Assembly: GCA_963776345.1 (NCBI GenBank)
Contig: CAVZMH010000015.1
Location: 448,001 to 512,000 of the forward strand
Source of the DNA: an uncultured delta proteobacterium
GTDB taxonomy: Bacteria > Myxococcota > Myxococcia > Myxococcales > Myxococcaceae
Length of the DNA stretch: 64,000 nucleotides
Reading direction: 5' to 3'
Both the position numbers and the translations under genes were made by a program. Below the pieces are notes generated by a model. It was not told the DNA's origin. It ran no database searches and saw only the letters and a list, made by a program, of their open reading frames with translations. This document shows, one piece after another, positions 1-9,652 of this stretch; within the stretch, counting starts at the first letter, position 1, and each line of letters starts with the position of its first letter.

Positions 1-932
1 AGCCCGGCCGTTCGGGTCTCGAGCTCGCCCAGCGCCTCCGCCGCCGTGCACGGCCCCGGGGCGCACCGCGTGGCGAGGGTGACGAGGCCGCGAACGGACT
101 CCGCAGCCACCCGACCGTCCAGGTCCCGGAGCAGGGCCCTCAGCGCCCGCGTGTCCTCGGGGAGGACGACCTCCGCCAGACCCTTGGTCGCCACGGCGCG
201 GACCTCGGGGTCGTCGTCGCGGAGGGCCCCGAGGAGCACCGGCCGGCTCGCCGGGGTCTTCAGCTGCGCGAGTGCGTACACCCCGGCCCAGCGGTAGGCC
301 GGCAGCAGGGCCGTCGCCAGCCGCTCCAGCCCGGGCCGGGCGGACTCGGGGACGGGTGCCGCGGCCCGCGCGGCGACACCGAGGGCGATGGCGGCGCGGA
401 CGGGGACCTCCGAGCGCGGGTCGTTCTCCTCGACCCGCTGGCCGGTCGGAACGGCGAGCAGGAGCGCCAGCCGCGCAAGCGCCGCGGGGGTCCGCACGTG
501 CCCCAGGGCGTCCACCTCCGCCAGGCGCGCAGCGCCGTCGGTCTCCTTCGCCTCGGCCTCGAGGAGCGCCCTCCCCAGGAGGTCCCGGGTCTCGTCCGGC
601 ACGGGCTCCCAGGCGAGTGCGAGCTCCCCGGCCGCGAACGCGGCGGCGGCGCGGACGGGGGCCGACGCGTCGCCGAGCGCCTCGGCGACGGTGGGGCCGG
701 TGCGGAGGTCCTGGACGCGGGCGAGCGCCAGGAGCGCCCGCGCGCGCACCGAGGGGTCGGCGTGCAGCCGGGCCCGCGAGACGAGGACGTCGCCCCGGGT
801 GTCGCGGGCGAGCTCCAGCTCGGCGATGCGCGCACGCTCGAGCGCGGCGAAGTCGGTGGACGGCTGCCTGGCGGGCGCGGTGGCGCAGCCGAGCACGAAG
901 GAGACGAGCACCCCCCAGCCACGGACCCGCAT
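1..932 (-). CDS. HEAT-repeat lipoprotein (partial, runs off window start); possibly HEAT-repeat peptidylprolyl isomerase
   Basis: Not in the ORF track because it has no stop in the window. Manual translation from ATG 932 gives MRVRGWGVLVSFVLGCATAP (lipobox-like), then HEAT-like units DPSVRARALLALAR, SAPVRAAAAFAAGE, DPEVRAVATKGLA. Confidence 0.7.
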   Translation of the reverse strand, partial: MRVRGWGVLVSFVLGCATAPARQPSTDFAALERARIAELELARDTRGDVLVSRARLHADPSVRARALLALARVQDLRTGPTVAEALGDASAPVRAAAAFAAGELALAWEPVPDETRDLLGRALLEAEAKETDGAARLAEVDALGHVRTPAALARLALLLAVPTGQRVEENDPRSEVPVRAAIALGVAARAAAPVPESARPGLERLATALLPAYRWAGVYALAQLKTPASRPVLLGALRDDDPEVRAVATKGLAEVVLPEDTRALRALLRDLDGRVAAESVRGLVTLATRCAPGPCTAAEALGELETRTAG

Positions 933-1097
933 GGGACAGACGTTTGCACGCGGCACGGCCCCGCGTCAGCTTCCTTTCCGCCGGCTGGGCAGACTCGACG
1001 ATGGTTCGGTTCCCGAACGAACCTTCTCCCGCTCCCCGGGGGTCGACACGTGGACCACGCGCCGGCTCCGCTGCGAGGCGCGGTAGACTCGTTCCTC

Positions 1098-3812
1098 ATG
1101 AGGGGTGGAGTGGCAGAGCCGGCACGGGAGAAGGCCGCGGGGGAGGCCCCGCTCACGCGGTTTCATCAGCGGCTGCTGGCCGAGGAGCTGGCGCTCAAGG
1201 GAGGGCGGGCCACCGACCGGCTCGCCTCGGCGCTCTCCGAGGCCCGGGTGGACCTCAATCCGCACCAGGTGGAGGCGGCGGCCTTCGCGCTGGAGTCGCT
1301 GCCCCGGGGCGGCTGCATGCTCGCCGACGAGGTGGGGCTCGGAAAGACCATCGAGGCCGGCATCGTCCTCGCCCAGCTGGTGGCCGAGGGGAAGGGCCGG
1401 ATCCTCGTCCTCACCCCGGCCACGCTCCGCGCCCAGTGGCAGGCCGAGATGCAGGACAAGTTCGACCTCCAGACGGTGGTGGTCGACGGGCGCGCCGTGC
1501 GGGCCGGCCACAACCCGTTCCAGCAGCCCGTGCCGGTCATCTCCAGCCACCCCTTCGCCGCCGGCCGCGCCGAGCTGGTCCGCCAGCTCCCCTGGGACCT
1601 GGTGGTCATCGACGAGGCGCACCGGCTCCGCAACGCCCACCGGACCGGGAACAAGATCGCCCGCGCGCTCCGGGACGCGCTGCGCGACCGCCCGAAGCTG
1701 CTCCTCACCGCCACCCCGCTCCAGAACGAGCTGATGGAGCTCTTCGGGCTGCTCTCGTTCCTCGACGAGCAGATCCTCGGCCCCGAGCACGCCTTCAAGA
1801 GCCGCTACCAGGTCGACCCCGAGGCCGGCGCCATCCCCGACGGGCCGGCCCAGGATCTGCGCGAGCGCCTGTCCCCGGTGGTGCACCGGACGCTGCGCCG
1901 GCAGGTCCGCGAGTACGTCCGCTTCACCAACCGCCGGAGCATGGTGGAGGACTTCGCGCCCTCCGAGGACGAGCAGTCGCTCTACGACGAGGTCTCCGAG
2001 TACCTCCGGCGCACGGAGGCCGCGGCCATCGAGCCCGGGAAGAGGACCCTGCTCACGCTGGTCTACCGGAAGCTCCTCGCCTCCTCGACCTACGCCATCG
2101 CCCCCACGCTGCGGCGCCTGGCGGAGAGCCTTCGCAAGCGCATCGACGCGGGGAGGCGCGGGGCGGAGGCACTGGGGCCTGGGCTCCTCGAGCCCGAGGA
2201 GGCCAGCGACTGGGCCGAGGAGGCCGAGGCCTGGGGAGACGAGCCGGGCCGCCCCACCCCGCCCCACCTGGCCACGCTCGAGGCCGAGGCCTTCGACCTC
2301 GAGCGCTACGCCGCGCGCGCCGAGTCCATCCGGGTCAACGCCAAGGGCGAGGCGCTGAAGCGCGCCCTGGACCGGCTCTTCACCGTGGCCCGCGCGCACC
2401 AGTGGCCGGAGAAGGCGGTGGTCTTCACCGAGTCGCGGCGGACGCAGGCGTACCTCGCCGAGCTGCTCGCCGCACACGGCTGGGCGGGGCGTATCTCGCT
2501 CCTCTCGGGGGACGCCGGCACGCCCGAGGAGCGGCAGGCGCTGGTGGACGAGTTCCGCGAGCGCACGCAGATCCTCCTCTCCACCGAGGCCGGCGCAGAG
2601 GGTCTCAACCTCCAGTTCTGCAACCTGGTCGTCAACTACGACCTGCCCTGGAACCCGCAGCGCATCGAGCAGCGCATCGGCCGCTGCCACCGCTACGGGC
2701 AGCAGCGCGACGTCCTGGTGCTCAACTTCCTCAACCGGCAGAACGCCGCCGACGCCCGGCTCTACGAGCTGCTGGAGCGAAAGCTGCACCTCTTCGACGG
2801 CGTGTTCGGCGCCTCGGACGAGATCCTCGGCGCGCTGGAGACCGGCATCGACTTCGAGCGCCGGGTGCTGGACATCTACCAGTCCTGCCGGTCGACCGAG
2901 GAGATCACCCGGGCCTTCGACGCGCTCCGCGAAGATCTGGAATTCCGCATCGACGCACGGATGACGCAGGCCCGATCGCTCCTGCTGGAGCGGTTCGACG
3001 GCGAGGTGCGGCGGCGGCTCCGGCTCGCCGGCGAGGAGGCCGAGGCGGCGGTGGACCGGCACCGCCGCAACGCGCGCACCTTCGCCCGGCAGGTGCTGGG
3101 GAAGGACGCCCGCGGGCGCCGGGTGAGCGAGGCCGCGAGCGCGGTGCGCTCCAGCCCCCCGGACGGGGTGCACTGGCTCCAGCTCGATGCCTCGGCGCTG
3201 CCGTCCCGGCTGGCCCGGCTCGCCGGCGGCGAGGGCTGGTGGTTCGTCTACCGCTTCGAGGCGACCGGGCTGCTCCCCGGGGAGCGGCTTCTCCACGTGG
3301 TCCTGCTCCGCGAGCGCGACGGCTTCCGGCCGCTCCCGCCCGAGGACGGGGCGCTGCTGGCCCGGGTGCCGGCGCGCGACGGACAGCCTCGGCCCCCGGC
3401 GCCGGTGTCGGTCGCCCAGGCCCAGGAGCAGGCGCTGGCCGCCGCCCGCGAGACACTGCTCCGCGAGGCCGAGCGGAGGAACCAGCTCGAGCTGGACCGG
3501 CTCCGCGAGCAGGCCGACCGCTACGCCGAGGACTGCCTCCTCGAGGCCCGCGAGGCGCTGGCCCGGTCGCGGGCGGCGTGGGAGGAGGCGCGGACGCGGC
3601 TCGCCGGGCTCGAGGACGGGACCGAGCGGGCGCGGGCCCGCGCGGCCATCGAGCGGGCCGAGCGCGACCATCGCCGCCGCCTGGCCGCGCTGCGCAGCGA
3701 GGAGGAAACGCGCTACGGGCTCAAGGACCGAAGCCTGGCCGAGCTCGCCGCGCGGGCCAAGGTGGTGGACCGGCGGGCCCTGGTCGGCACCGCGTACTTC
3801 TGGTTGAGCTGA
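1098..3812 (+). CDS. SNF2-family (RapA/DrmD-like) DEAH helicase
   Basis: Motifs LADEVGLGKTIEAG, VIDEAH, LLLTATPLQN, STEAGAEGLNLQ, YDLPWNPQRIEQRIGRCHRYGQ; C-terminal coiled-coil. Start trimmed to ATG 1098. Confidence 0.92.
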   Translation: MRGGVAEPAREKAAGEAPLTRFHQRLLAEELALKGGRATDRLASALSEARVDLNPHQVEAAAFALESLPRGGCMLADEVGLGKTIEAGIVLAQLVAEGKGRILVLTPATLRAQWQAEMQDKFDLQTVVVDGRAVRAGHNPFQQPVPVISSHPFAAGRAELVRQLPWDLVVIDEAHRLRNAHRTGNKIARALRDALRDRPKLLLTATPLQNELMELFGLLSFLDEQILGPEHAFKSRYQVDPEAGAIPDGPAQDLRERLSPVVHRTLRRQVREYVRFTNRRSMVEDFAPSEDEQSLYDEVSEYLRRTEAAAIEPGKRTLLTLVYRKLLASSTYAIAPTLRRLAESLRKRIDAGRRGAEALGPGLLEPEEASDWAEEAEAWGDEPGRPTPPHLATLEAEAFDLERYAARAESIRVNAKGEALKRALDRLFTVARAHQWPEKAVVFTESRRTQAYLAELLAAHGWAGRISLLSGDAGTPEERQALVDEFRERTQILLSTEAGAEGLNLQFCNLVVNYDLPWNPQRIEQRIGRCHRYGQQRDVLVLNFLNRQNAADARLYELLERKLHLFDGVFGASDEILGALETGIDFERRVLDIYQSCRSTEEITRAFDALREDLEFRIDARMTQARSLLLERFDGEVRRRLRLAGEEAEAAVDRHRRNARTFARQVLGKDARGRRVSEAASAVRSSPPDGVHWLQLDASALPSRLARLAGGEGWWFVYRFEATGLLPGERLLHVVLLRERDGFRPLPPEDGALLARVPARDGQPRPPAPVSVAQAQEQALAAARETLLREAERRNQLELDRLREQADRYAEDCLLEAREALARSRAAWEEARTRLAGLEDGTERARARAAIERAERDHRRRLAALRSEEETRYGLKDRSLAELAARAKVVDRRALVGTAYFWLS

Positions 3813-3855
3813 CGCCTTCGACGGGTGGCCCGCGGGTGGGCCTCGGCCTGGCCGC

Positions 3856-4773
3856 CTAGATCTGCAGCCGGAGCGCGCCGGGGAGCAGCTCGAAGGTGGC
3901 GGGGAGTCGGCCCGGCTGCTCGCCGTCGACGTCGAGGAGGACCTCCTCGTCGCTCGTCGCCTCGAGCCGGCGGCACCTCAGGGTCCGGGTCCCCGCCCAG
4001 CGGACGTGGCGCCCGTCGTAGACCGAGGCCGACTTCAGGGCGAAGTCCTTCAGGTGGTAGCCGCTCCAGATGGTCACGTCGAACTGGCCGTCGAACGGAT
4101 CCGCCTCCGGGGCGACCCGCATCCCGCCGCCGAAGTATTGCCCGTTGGCGACGGCGAGGGTGGTGATGGCCAGCGACTCCTCGGGTCCTCCGTCCACGCG
4201 GATGCGGACCCTCTGGTCGTGCCAGCCGACGAGGGTGCGCACGCTGGCGACGAAGAAGCTGACCTTCCCGCCGAGGAGCTTGCTGCCGGAGTTGACCGCC
4301 CGATCCACCCGACCGCTCACCCCGAAGCTGGCCACGTTGACGAAGTGGCGCTCGCCGGGCGTGCCGTCGGGCCGGGTGAAGTGGACGCGGCCGATGTCGA
4401 GCGGCCGGACCTCGCCCCGGAGTCGGGCGCACGTTTCCCGGAGCGAGCCGTCCAGGCCGAAGGTCCGGCGGAAGTCCCCGCCGGTCCCGCGGGGCACCAG
4501 GGCGATGCAGGCGTCGGCTGGGACCCCGCCCTCGGCCTGGAAGAACCCGTTCACCACCTCGTTGAGCGTGCCATCCCCGCCCACGGCCACGATGCGGCGG
4601 AAGCCCTTTCGGAGCGCCTCCGCGGTGAGCGCGGCGGCGTGCATCGGTCGCTCGGTGAAGGCGTGCTCCGCCCCATCTCCGATGGCCCGCAGCACCTCGG
4701 CGCGGATCTCCGGCCACCGACGACCGGTCGCGCCGCCGGCGCTCTCGGGATTGACCACCAGGAAGGTGCGCAT
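3856..4773 (-). CDS. Diacylglycerol/lipid kinase family protein (YegS/Rv2252/BmrU)
   Basis: VNPESAGG, VGGDGTLNEVVNG, GTGGDF, NGQYFGGGM, DVDGE motifs. Confidence 0.92.
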   Translation of the reverse strand: MRTFLVVNPESAGGATGRRWPEIRAEVLRAIGDGAEHAFTERPMHAAALTAEALRKGFRRIVAVGGDGTLNEVVNGFFQAEGGVPADACIALVPRGTGGDFRRTFGLDGSLRETCARLRGEVRPLDIGRVHFTRPDGTPGERHFVNVASFGVSGRVDRAVNSGSKLLGGKVSFFVASVRTLVGWHDQRVRIRVDGGPEESLAITTLAVANGQYFGGGMRVAPEADPFDGQFDVTIWSGYHLKDFALKSASVYDGRHVRWAGTRTLRCRRLEATSDEEVLLDVDGEQPGRLPATFELLPGALRLQI

Positions 4774-4903
4774 CGCCCCTGTGGCCGACTGTGGCACGCG
4801 GTCGGATAGGCGCTGGCAAGAAAGTGCGGTTGACGCTGCGCGCCACCCCGGCCCGCCTCAGGGAGGGCGCCTGTTCCTTCGACTCTCAGCCCACCGCGTT
4901 AGC

Positions 4904-5356
4904 ATGCGACCCCGCGTGGAAGCTGGAGACGACGAGCGCTGGGTGCTCCTGGCCGAGGACGACGGCGCGCTCCGCTTCCTCCTCGCCTCGGTGCTCCGCA
5001 AGGACGGTCACCGGGTGCTCGAGGTTCCCGATGGTGAGCAGCTGGTGGTGGCCCACGCCGCGCTCCCGCCGGGCCGGAGCGGACGGACGGTGGTGCTGAG
5101 CGACATGTCGATGCCGGTCCGGAGCGGGCTCGAGGCGGTGGAGGAGATCCAGCGCCGCGAGCCCGGGCTGGGCATCATCCTCATGGGCGCCTTCCTCGAG
5201 CCGGCGGATGCGCCGCGGGCGGCCGCGCTCGGCGCGGCGTTCCTCACCAAGCCGTTCGAGCTGGCGAGGATGCGCGCGCTCGTCCGGCGGCTGGTGGCCA
5301 CGCCCGGGGCCCGGGCGGTCGACCTGGTCGACGCGCCGGACGAGTCCCGGGCCTGA
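4904..5356 (+). CDS. Single-domain response regulator (receiver)
   Basis: LLAEDD, VLSDMSMP (phospho-Asp), SGLE, FLTKPF. ATG 4904 lies within the 4070..5356 ORF. Confidence 0.85.
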   Translation: MRPRVEAGDDERWVLLAEDDGALRFLLASVLRKDGHRVLEVPDGEQLVVAHAALPPGRSGRTVVLSDMSMPVRSGLEAVEEIQRREPGLGIILMGAFLEPADAPRAAALGAAFLTKPFELARMRALVRRLVATPGARAVDLVDAPDESRA

Positions 5357-5365
5357 CTCCCGCGC

Positions 5366-7186
5366 TCAGGACTTCGTCGGGGGCACCGAGCGGACGTGGA
5401 CCTCGCGGAGCTGCTGCTCGTCCACCTCGCCCGGGGCGCCGGTCATGCTGTCGGTGCCGGTCTTGGTCTTGGGGAAGGGGATGACCTCCCGGAGCGACTC
5501 GGCGCCGGTGAGGAGCATCGCCAGCCGGTCCATGCCCAGGGCGATGCCCCCGTGCGGCGGGGCGCCGTAGCGGAGGGCGTCCAGGAGGAACCCGAACTTG
5601 TTCCGGGCCTCCTCCTCGCCGATGCCCAGCGCGGCGAAGACCTCGGCCTGCACCCGCGGGTCGTGGAGCCGGATGCTGCCGCCGCCGATCTCGAAGCCGT
5701 TGAGCACCACGTCGTAGCGCCAGCACTTCACCCGTCCCGGGTCGGTACGGAGGTACTGCACGTCGGCGTCGTGCGGGCGGGTGAAGGCGTGGTGCGCGGC
5801 CACCCAGGTCCGGCGCTCCTCGTCGTACTCGAAGAGCGGCGGGTCCACGACCCAGAGGAACTCCCACTTGCCGCCGGAGCCGACCTCCGGAATCAGCCCC
5901 AGCTTCTTGGCGACGTGCACCCGGAGGTTGGCCATCACCGTGTGGACCAGCGAGGCCCGCCCGAACTGGAAGACGAGGAGGTCGCCCGGCTTCGCTCCGC
6001 AGGCCTCGTTGATCGCCGCCCGGAGCGCCGGGGAGATGGTCTTCGCCAGGGGCGACTGGGTCCACTCGCCGCCCTCCCCCATCTTGGCCCGGGCGAGGCC
6101 GCGGGCGCCGCTGCCCTTGGCGAACTCCTCCAGCTTGTCGGCCTCGGCGCGCGAGAGGGGGTGCGCGGCCGGGATGACCATCGCCTTGACGATGCCGCCC
6201 TGCTGCACCGCCTCGAGGAGCATCGGGACGCCGCCCTCGCCGCCGTGGGCGGTGACCAGGTCGGTGAGCACCACGTGCTCCAGCCCGAAGCGCAGGTCCG
6301 GCTTGTCGTTGCCGTACCTGGCCATCGACTCGTCGAACGGCATCCGGCGGAACGGCGCGGGGATGTCGACCCCGAGGATCTCCTTCCACAGCCGGACGAT
6401 GAGCTTCTCGACGACGGCAAACACGTCGTCCTGGCTGACGAAGCTCATCTCGAGGTCCACCTGTGTGAACTCGGGCTGCCGGTCGAGCCGGAGGTCCTCG
6501 TCGCGGAAGCACTTGACGATCTGGAAGTACCGGTCGAACCCCGCGACCATGAACAGCTGCTTGTAGAGCTGGGGGCTCTCGGCCAGGGCGTAGAACTTCC
6601 CGGGGTTGAGCCGGCTGGGAACGAGGAAGTTCCGCGCGCCGCCGGGCGTGTACTTGCCCATGAACGGAGTCTCGAGCTCGAGGAAGCCCTGCTCCACCAG
6701 CGTGCTCCGGGTGATGGCGTTCATCCGCGAGCGGGTGACCAGCGACTGCTGGAGCGGCCGGCGGCGCAGGTCGAGGTAGCGGTGGATGAGCCGCTTCTCC
6801 TCGGCGGTGTCGATCTTGTCCTCGATGGGGAACGGGGTGGGCTCGCTCCGGTTGAAGACGGTGAGGGCGGTGGCCTTCACCTCGATCTCCCCGGTCTTCA
6901 TCTTGGGGTTCACGTTGGCGCCGCGGCTGGCCACGGTGCCTTGCACGCCCATGCACCACTCGAGGCGCAGGGTCCCGGCGAGCGCGTGGGCCTCGGGGTC
7001 GATGTCCGGCTCGAAGACCACCTGGGTGAGCCCGTGCCGGTCGCGCAGGTCGATGAACACCGCCCCGCCGTGGTCGCGGCGGTTCTGGACCCAGCCGAAC
7101 AGGACGACGGACTTCCCCACGTCCTTGCCGGAGAGCTCTCCGCAGGAATGGGTGCGCTTGACCTCGGTGATGAAGGGAACGGACAT
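5366..7186 (-). CDS. aspS: Aspartate--tRNA ligase
   Basis: RTHSCGEL, RRDHGG, YRYLDLRR-like, SPQLYKQ, FRDEDLR, GAPPHGGIALGMDR, VIPFPKT. Confidence 0.98.
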   Translation of the reverse strand: MSVPFITEVKRTHSCGELSGKDVGKSVVLFGWVQNRRDHGGAVFIDLRDRHGLTQVVFEPDIDPEAHALAGTLRLEWCMGVQGTVASRGANVNPKMKTGEIEVKATALTVFNRSEPTPFPIEDKIDTAEEKRLIHRYLDLRRRPLQQSLVTRSRMNAITRSTLVEQGFLELETPFMGKYTPGGARNFLVPSRLNPGKFYALAESPQLYKQLFMVAGFDRYFQIVKCFRDEDLRLDRQPEFTQVDLEMSFVSQDDVFAVVEKLIVRLWKEILGVDIPAPFRRMPFDESMARYGNDKPDLRFGLEHVVLTDLVTAHGGEGGVPMLLEAVQQGGIVKAMVIPAAHPLSRAEADKLEEFAKGSGARGLARAKMGEGGEWTQSPLAKTISPALRAAINEACGAKPGDLLVFQFGRASLVHTVMANLRVHVAKKLGLIPEVGSGGKWEFLWVVDPPLFEYDEERRTWVAAHHAFTRPHDADVQYLRTDPGRVKCWRYDVVLNGFEIGGGSIRLHDPRVQAEVFAALGIGEEEARNKFGFLLDALRYGAPPHGGIALGMDRLAMLLTGAESLREVIPFPKTKTGTDSMTGAPGEVDEQQLREVHVRSVPPTKS

Positions 7187-7238
7187 GGAAGCGACGCAAC
7201 CTAGCGCGACGCCTGTGCTGCCGCTACGCGTCATCGGG

Positions 7239-8993
7239 TCAGGACCCGGTGGGAGAGAGCACGGCCGCTTCCGAGGCCCGGAGGTCGCGCAGCTTGAGCG
7301 AGACGCGGGTCCGTCCGTTCCAGGTCTCGACCGAGGGCTGGAAGGCGAGGTCCACCGGGCCGTCCACCTCGGGCAGCCGGGGCCCCATCCCGAAGCCGAT
7401 CGCGTCGAGCGCCGGCGCGGAGGGGAGGACCAGCTTGAGGTGTGCCACCCCGCCGTTCTTCGCGGTGACGATGCGGCCCTGGGCCCGGAGCGACGCGGCG
7501 ACGAAGGTGGGCTCGGGGTTGCCCGCGCCGAAGGGCCCGAGGGCGGCCAGCGCCCCCACCGCGCGCTCGGTGAGCTCCTCCGGCTGAACGACCACGTCGA
7601 CCCGGCAGCGGGGCTCGAGATCCTCCTCGCGGAGCTGCCGGGCGGCGACGGCCTCGAACGCCCGGCGGAAGTCGAGCAGCCGCTGCGCCTCGAGCGTGAC
7701 CCCGGCCGCGTGCCGGTGGCCGCCGAAGCGCGAGAGGTGCTCGGCGCACTCCTTCAGCGCCTCGACCAGGTGGAAGCCCTCGACGCTGCGGGCGCTCCCC
7801 TTCCCCACCCCGCCCTGGACCCCGATGATCAGCGTGGGCTTGTGGAAGCGCTCGACGACGCGGGCGGCGACGATGCCCACCACGCCGGGGTGCCAGCCTT
7901 CGGCCCACAGCACGAGCCCGCGCGCCCCGTGTCGCTCCTCGGCCTGCGCGACGGCCTCGACCAGCATCTGCCGCTCGATCTTCTGGCGGGCCTCGTTCTC
8001 CCGGTCGAGCTTCTCCGCGAGGTCGCGTGCCTCGGTCAGGTTCCGGGTCCGGAGGAGCTGCAGACCCACCGACGCGTCATCGAGGCGTCCGGCGGCGTTG
8101 ATCCGGGGGCCGAGGCGGAAGCCCACCTGGCCGGCGCTCACCGAGCCCTCCGGCTCGAGCCCGGCGACCTCCTTGAGGGCACGGATGCCCGGGCGCTCGG
8201 CCTTGCCCAGCGCGTCGAGCCCGTGCCGGACGAGGATCCGGTTGACGCCGGTGAGCGGGACCACGTCGCACACCGTGGCGAGTGCGACCAGGTCCATCAG
8301 CGGCTTGAGGGCGGGCTCCGGGCGACGCTCGAACCAGCCCAGGGTCCGGAGCGAGCGCCGGAGCGCCATCACCAGGTTGAAGGCGACGCCGGCGGCGCAC
8401 AGCACCCGGGTGGGGTACTCGCAGCCGGGCTGGTGCGGATTCAGGACGGCGGTCGCCTCGGGCAGCGTCTCGGGGACGGTGTGGTGGTCGACGATGACCA
8501 CCTCCATCCCCAGGTCCCGCGCGCGGGCGACCTCGGCGACGCTGGTGATGCCGCAGTCCAGCGAGACCAGGAGCCGGGTGCCCTCCTGCGCGATGCGTTC
8601 CACCGCCCGGATGTTGAGGCCGTAGCCCTCGTCGATCCGGTGCGGGATGTACGTCTGGGGCGAGGCGCCCACCGCGTCGAGGAAGAGCGAGAGGAGCGCG
8701 GTGGAGCAGACGCCGTCCACGTCGTAGTCGCCGTAGAGCGTCACCTTCTCCTGCTGCACGACCGCGCGGGTGAGCCGCTCGACGGCGGCGGACATGCCCT
8801 TCATCCGGAAGGGATCCGGAAGGTCGGTCAGCTCGTGCGAGAGGAAGCGCGCAGCATCCTGCGGCTCCGAGACGCCGCGGGCGACGAGGACGCGAGCGGC
8901 GAGCGGATCCAGCCCGAGCTCGATGGCGAGCCGGCGGGCAGCACGGCGCTGCACCTCGACATCCCGATCTCCACCTGGAAACACCCAGCGCAA
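7239..8993 (-). CDS. recJ: Single-stranded-DNA-specific exonuclease RecJ
   Basis: YGDYDVDG, DHH, LGPRINAAGR, GSARS, FGGH, PFGAGNPEP; TTG start at 8993 preceded by GAGGAG. Confidence 0.96.
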   Translation of the reverse strand: MRWVFPGGDRDVEVQRRAARRLAIELGLDPLAARVLVARGVSEPQDAARFLSHELTDLPDPFRMKGMSAAVERLTRAVVQQEKVTLYGDYDVDGVCSTALLSLFLDAVGASPQTYIPHRIDEGYGLNIRAVERIAQEGTRLLVSLDCGITSVAEVARARDLGMEVVIVDHHTVPETLPEATAVLNPHQPGCEYPTRVLCAAGVAFNLVMALRRSLRTLGWFERRPEPALKPLMDLVALATVCDVVPLTGVNRILVRHGLDALGKAERPGIRALKEVAGLEPEGSVSAGQVGFRLGPRINAAGRLDDASVGLQLLRTRNLTEARDLAEKLDRENEARQKIERQMLVEAVAQAEERHGARGLVLWAEGWHPGVVGIVAARVVERFHKPTLIIGVQGGVGKGSARSVEGFHLVEALKECAEHLSRFGGHRHAAGVTLEAQRLLDFRRAFEAVAARQLREEDLEPRCRVDVVVQPEELTERAVGALAALGPFGAGNPEPTFVAASLRAQGRIVTAKNGGVAHLKLVLPSAPALDAIGFGMGPRLPEVDGPVDLAFQPSVETWNGRTRVSLKLRDLRASEAAVLSPTGS

Positions 8994-9168
8994 CGTGATT
9001 CCGCTCCTCGTCTGGCAAACGCCCGTCGTTCCAGGAGGTCGTACCGGAGCGGTCTGACAGCGAACGCGGCCTGCGACCGCCTGGATCAGGCGAAGCAACG
9101 AAGCGCCGCGAGATGCGGGCGAATGCACGACCGCGGCGATCAGCCGGATCGATCGACGAGGTCGCGGC

Positions 9169-9480
9169 TCAGAACACGACGTCATCGGGGTGAAACGGTG
9201 CGACGCGCGGGAGGAGCCCCTGACGGATCCGGCGGCGCATGACGAGGTACCAAGGAAACGTGACGGGCCAGAGCTGCCCGATGGCCGCGGCGAGGATGAC
9301 CGGATGAAAGGCCTCGCAGTGCCGGTGCTGGCGGAACCGGATGCGTGTCGAGTCGAAGCCAGCCCAACCCGCGGTGCCGATGCGCAGGGCGCACACGGCC
9401 GGGAGCCCGGTGAGGGCCTCGAGCGCCATGGCGGCGGCGAATGCGAGCCAGGACAGCCCCACCACCGCAAGCCAGTGCAT
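9169..9480 (-). CDS. Small hypothetical membrane protein
   Basis: 103 aa from ATG 9480 after [11 protein letters not shown]; hydrophobic segments (MHWLAVVGLSWLAFAAAMAL; VILAAAIGQLWPVTFPWYLV). Confidence 0.55.
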   Translation of the reverse strand: MHWLAVVGLSWLAFAAAMALEALTGLPAVCALRIGTAGWAGFDSTRIRFRQHRHCEAFHPVILAAAIGQLWPVTFPWYLVMRRRIRQGLLPRVAPFHPDDVVF

Positions 9481-9652
9481 GCCTCCCCCGCGCCCACGCC
9501 GCGGCGGCAACGGTGGACGCACGCCTGGTTCGAGGCGCCGCCGAGCCACGCAGCTCCAGCTTCCTACCGGATCGATCTGACCGCTGACGCCAGTCCCCAT
9601 TCCGATGAGCGGAGTGGCGTGCCAGGGCCCCGAGCCGAGCTCGCCCGGCGGC

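Noticed and set aside
1098..3812. DISARM or restriction-modification system
   Set aside because: No methyltransferase, nuclease, DrmA/B/C or other partner gene flanks the helicase.
272..3859. 1195-aa ORF and many other long Arg/Gly/Pro/Ala-rich or antisense ORFs across the window
   Set aside because: Shadow frames of real genes in very high-GC DNA; low complexity and no family motifs.
4813..4828. Sigma54-like TGGCAAGAAAGTGC upstream of the receiver gene
   Set aside because: GG-to-GC spacing is 9 rather than the required 10.
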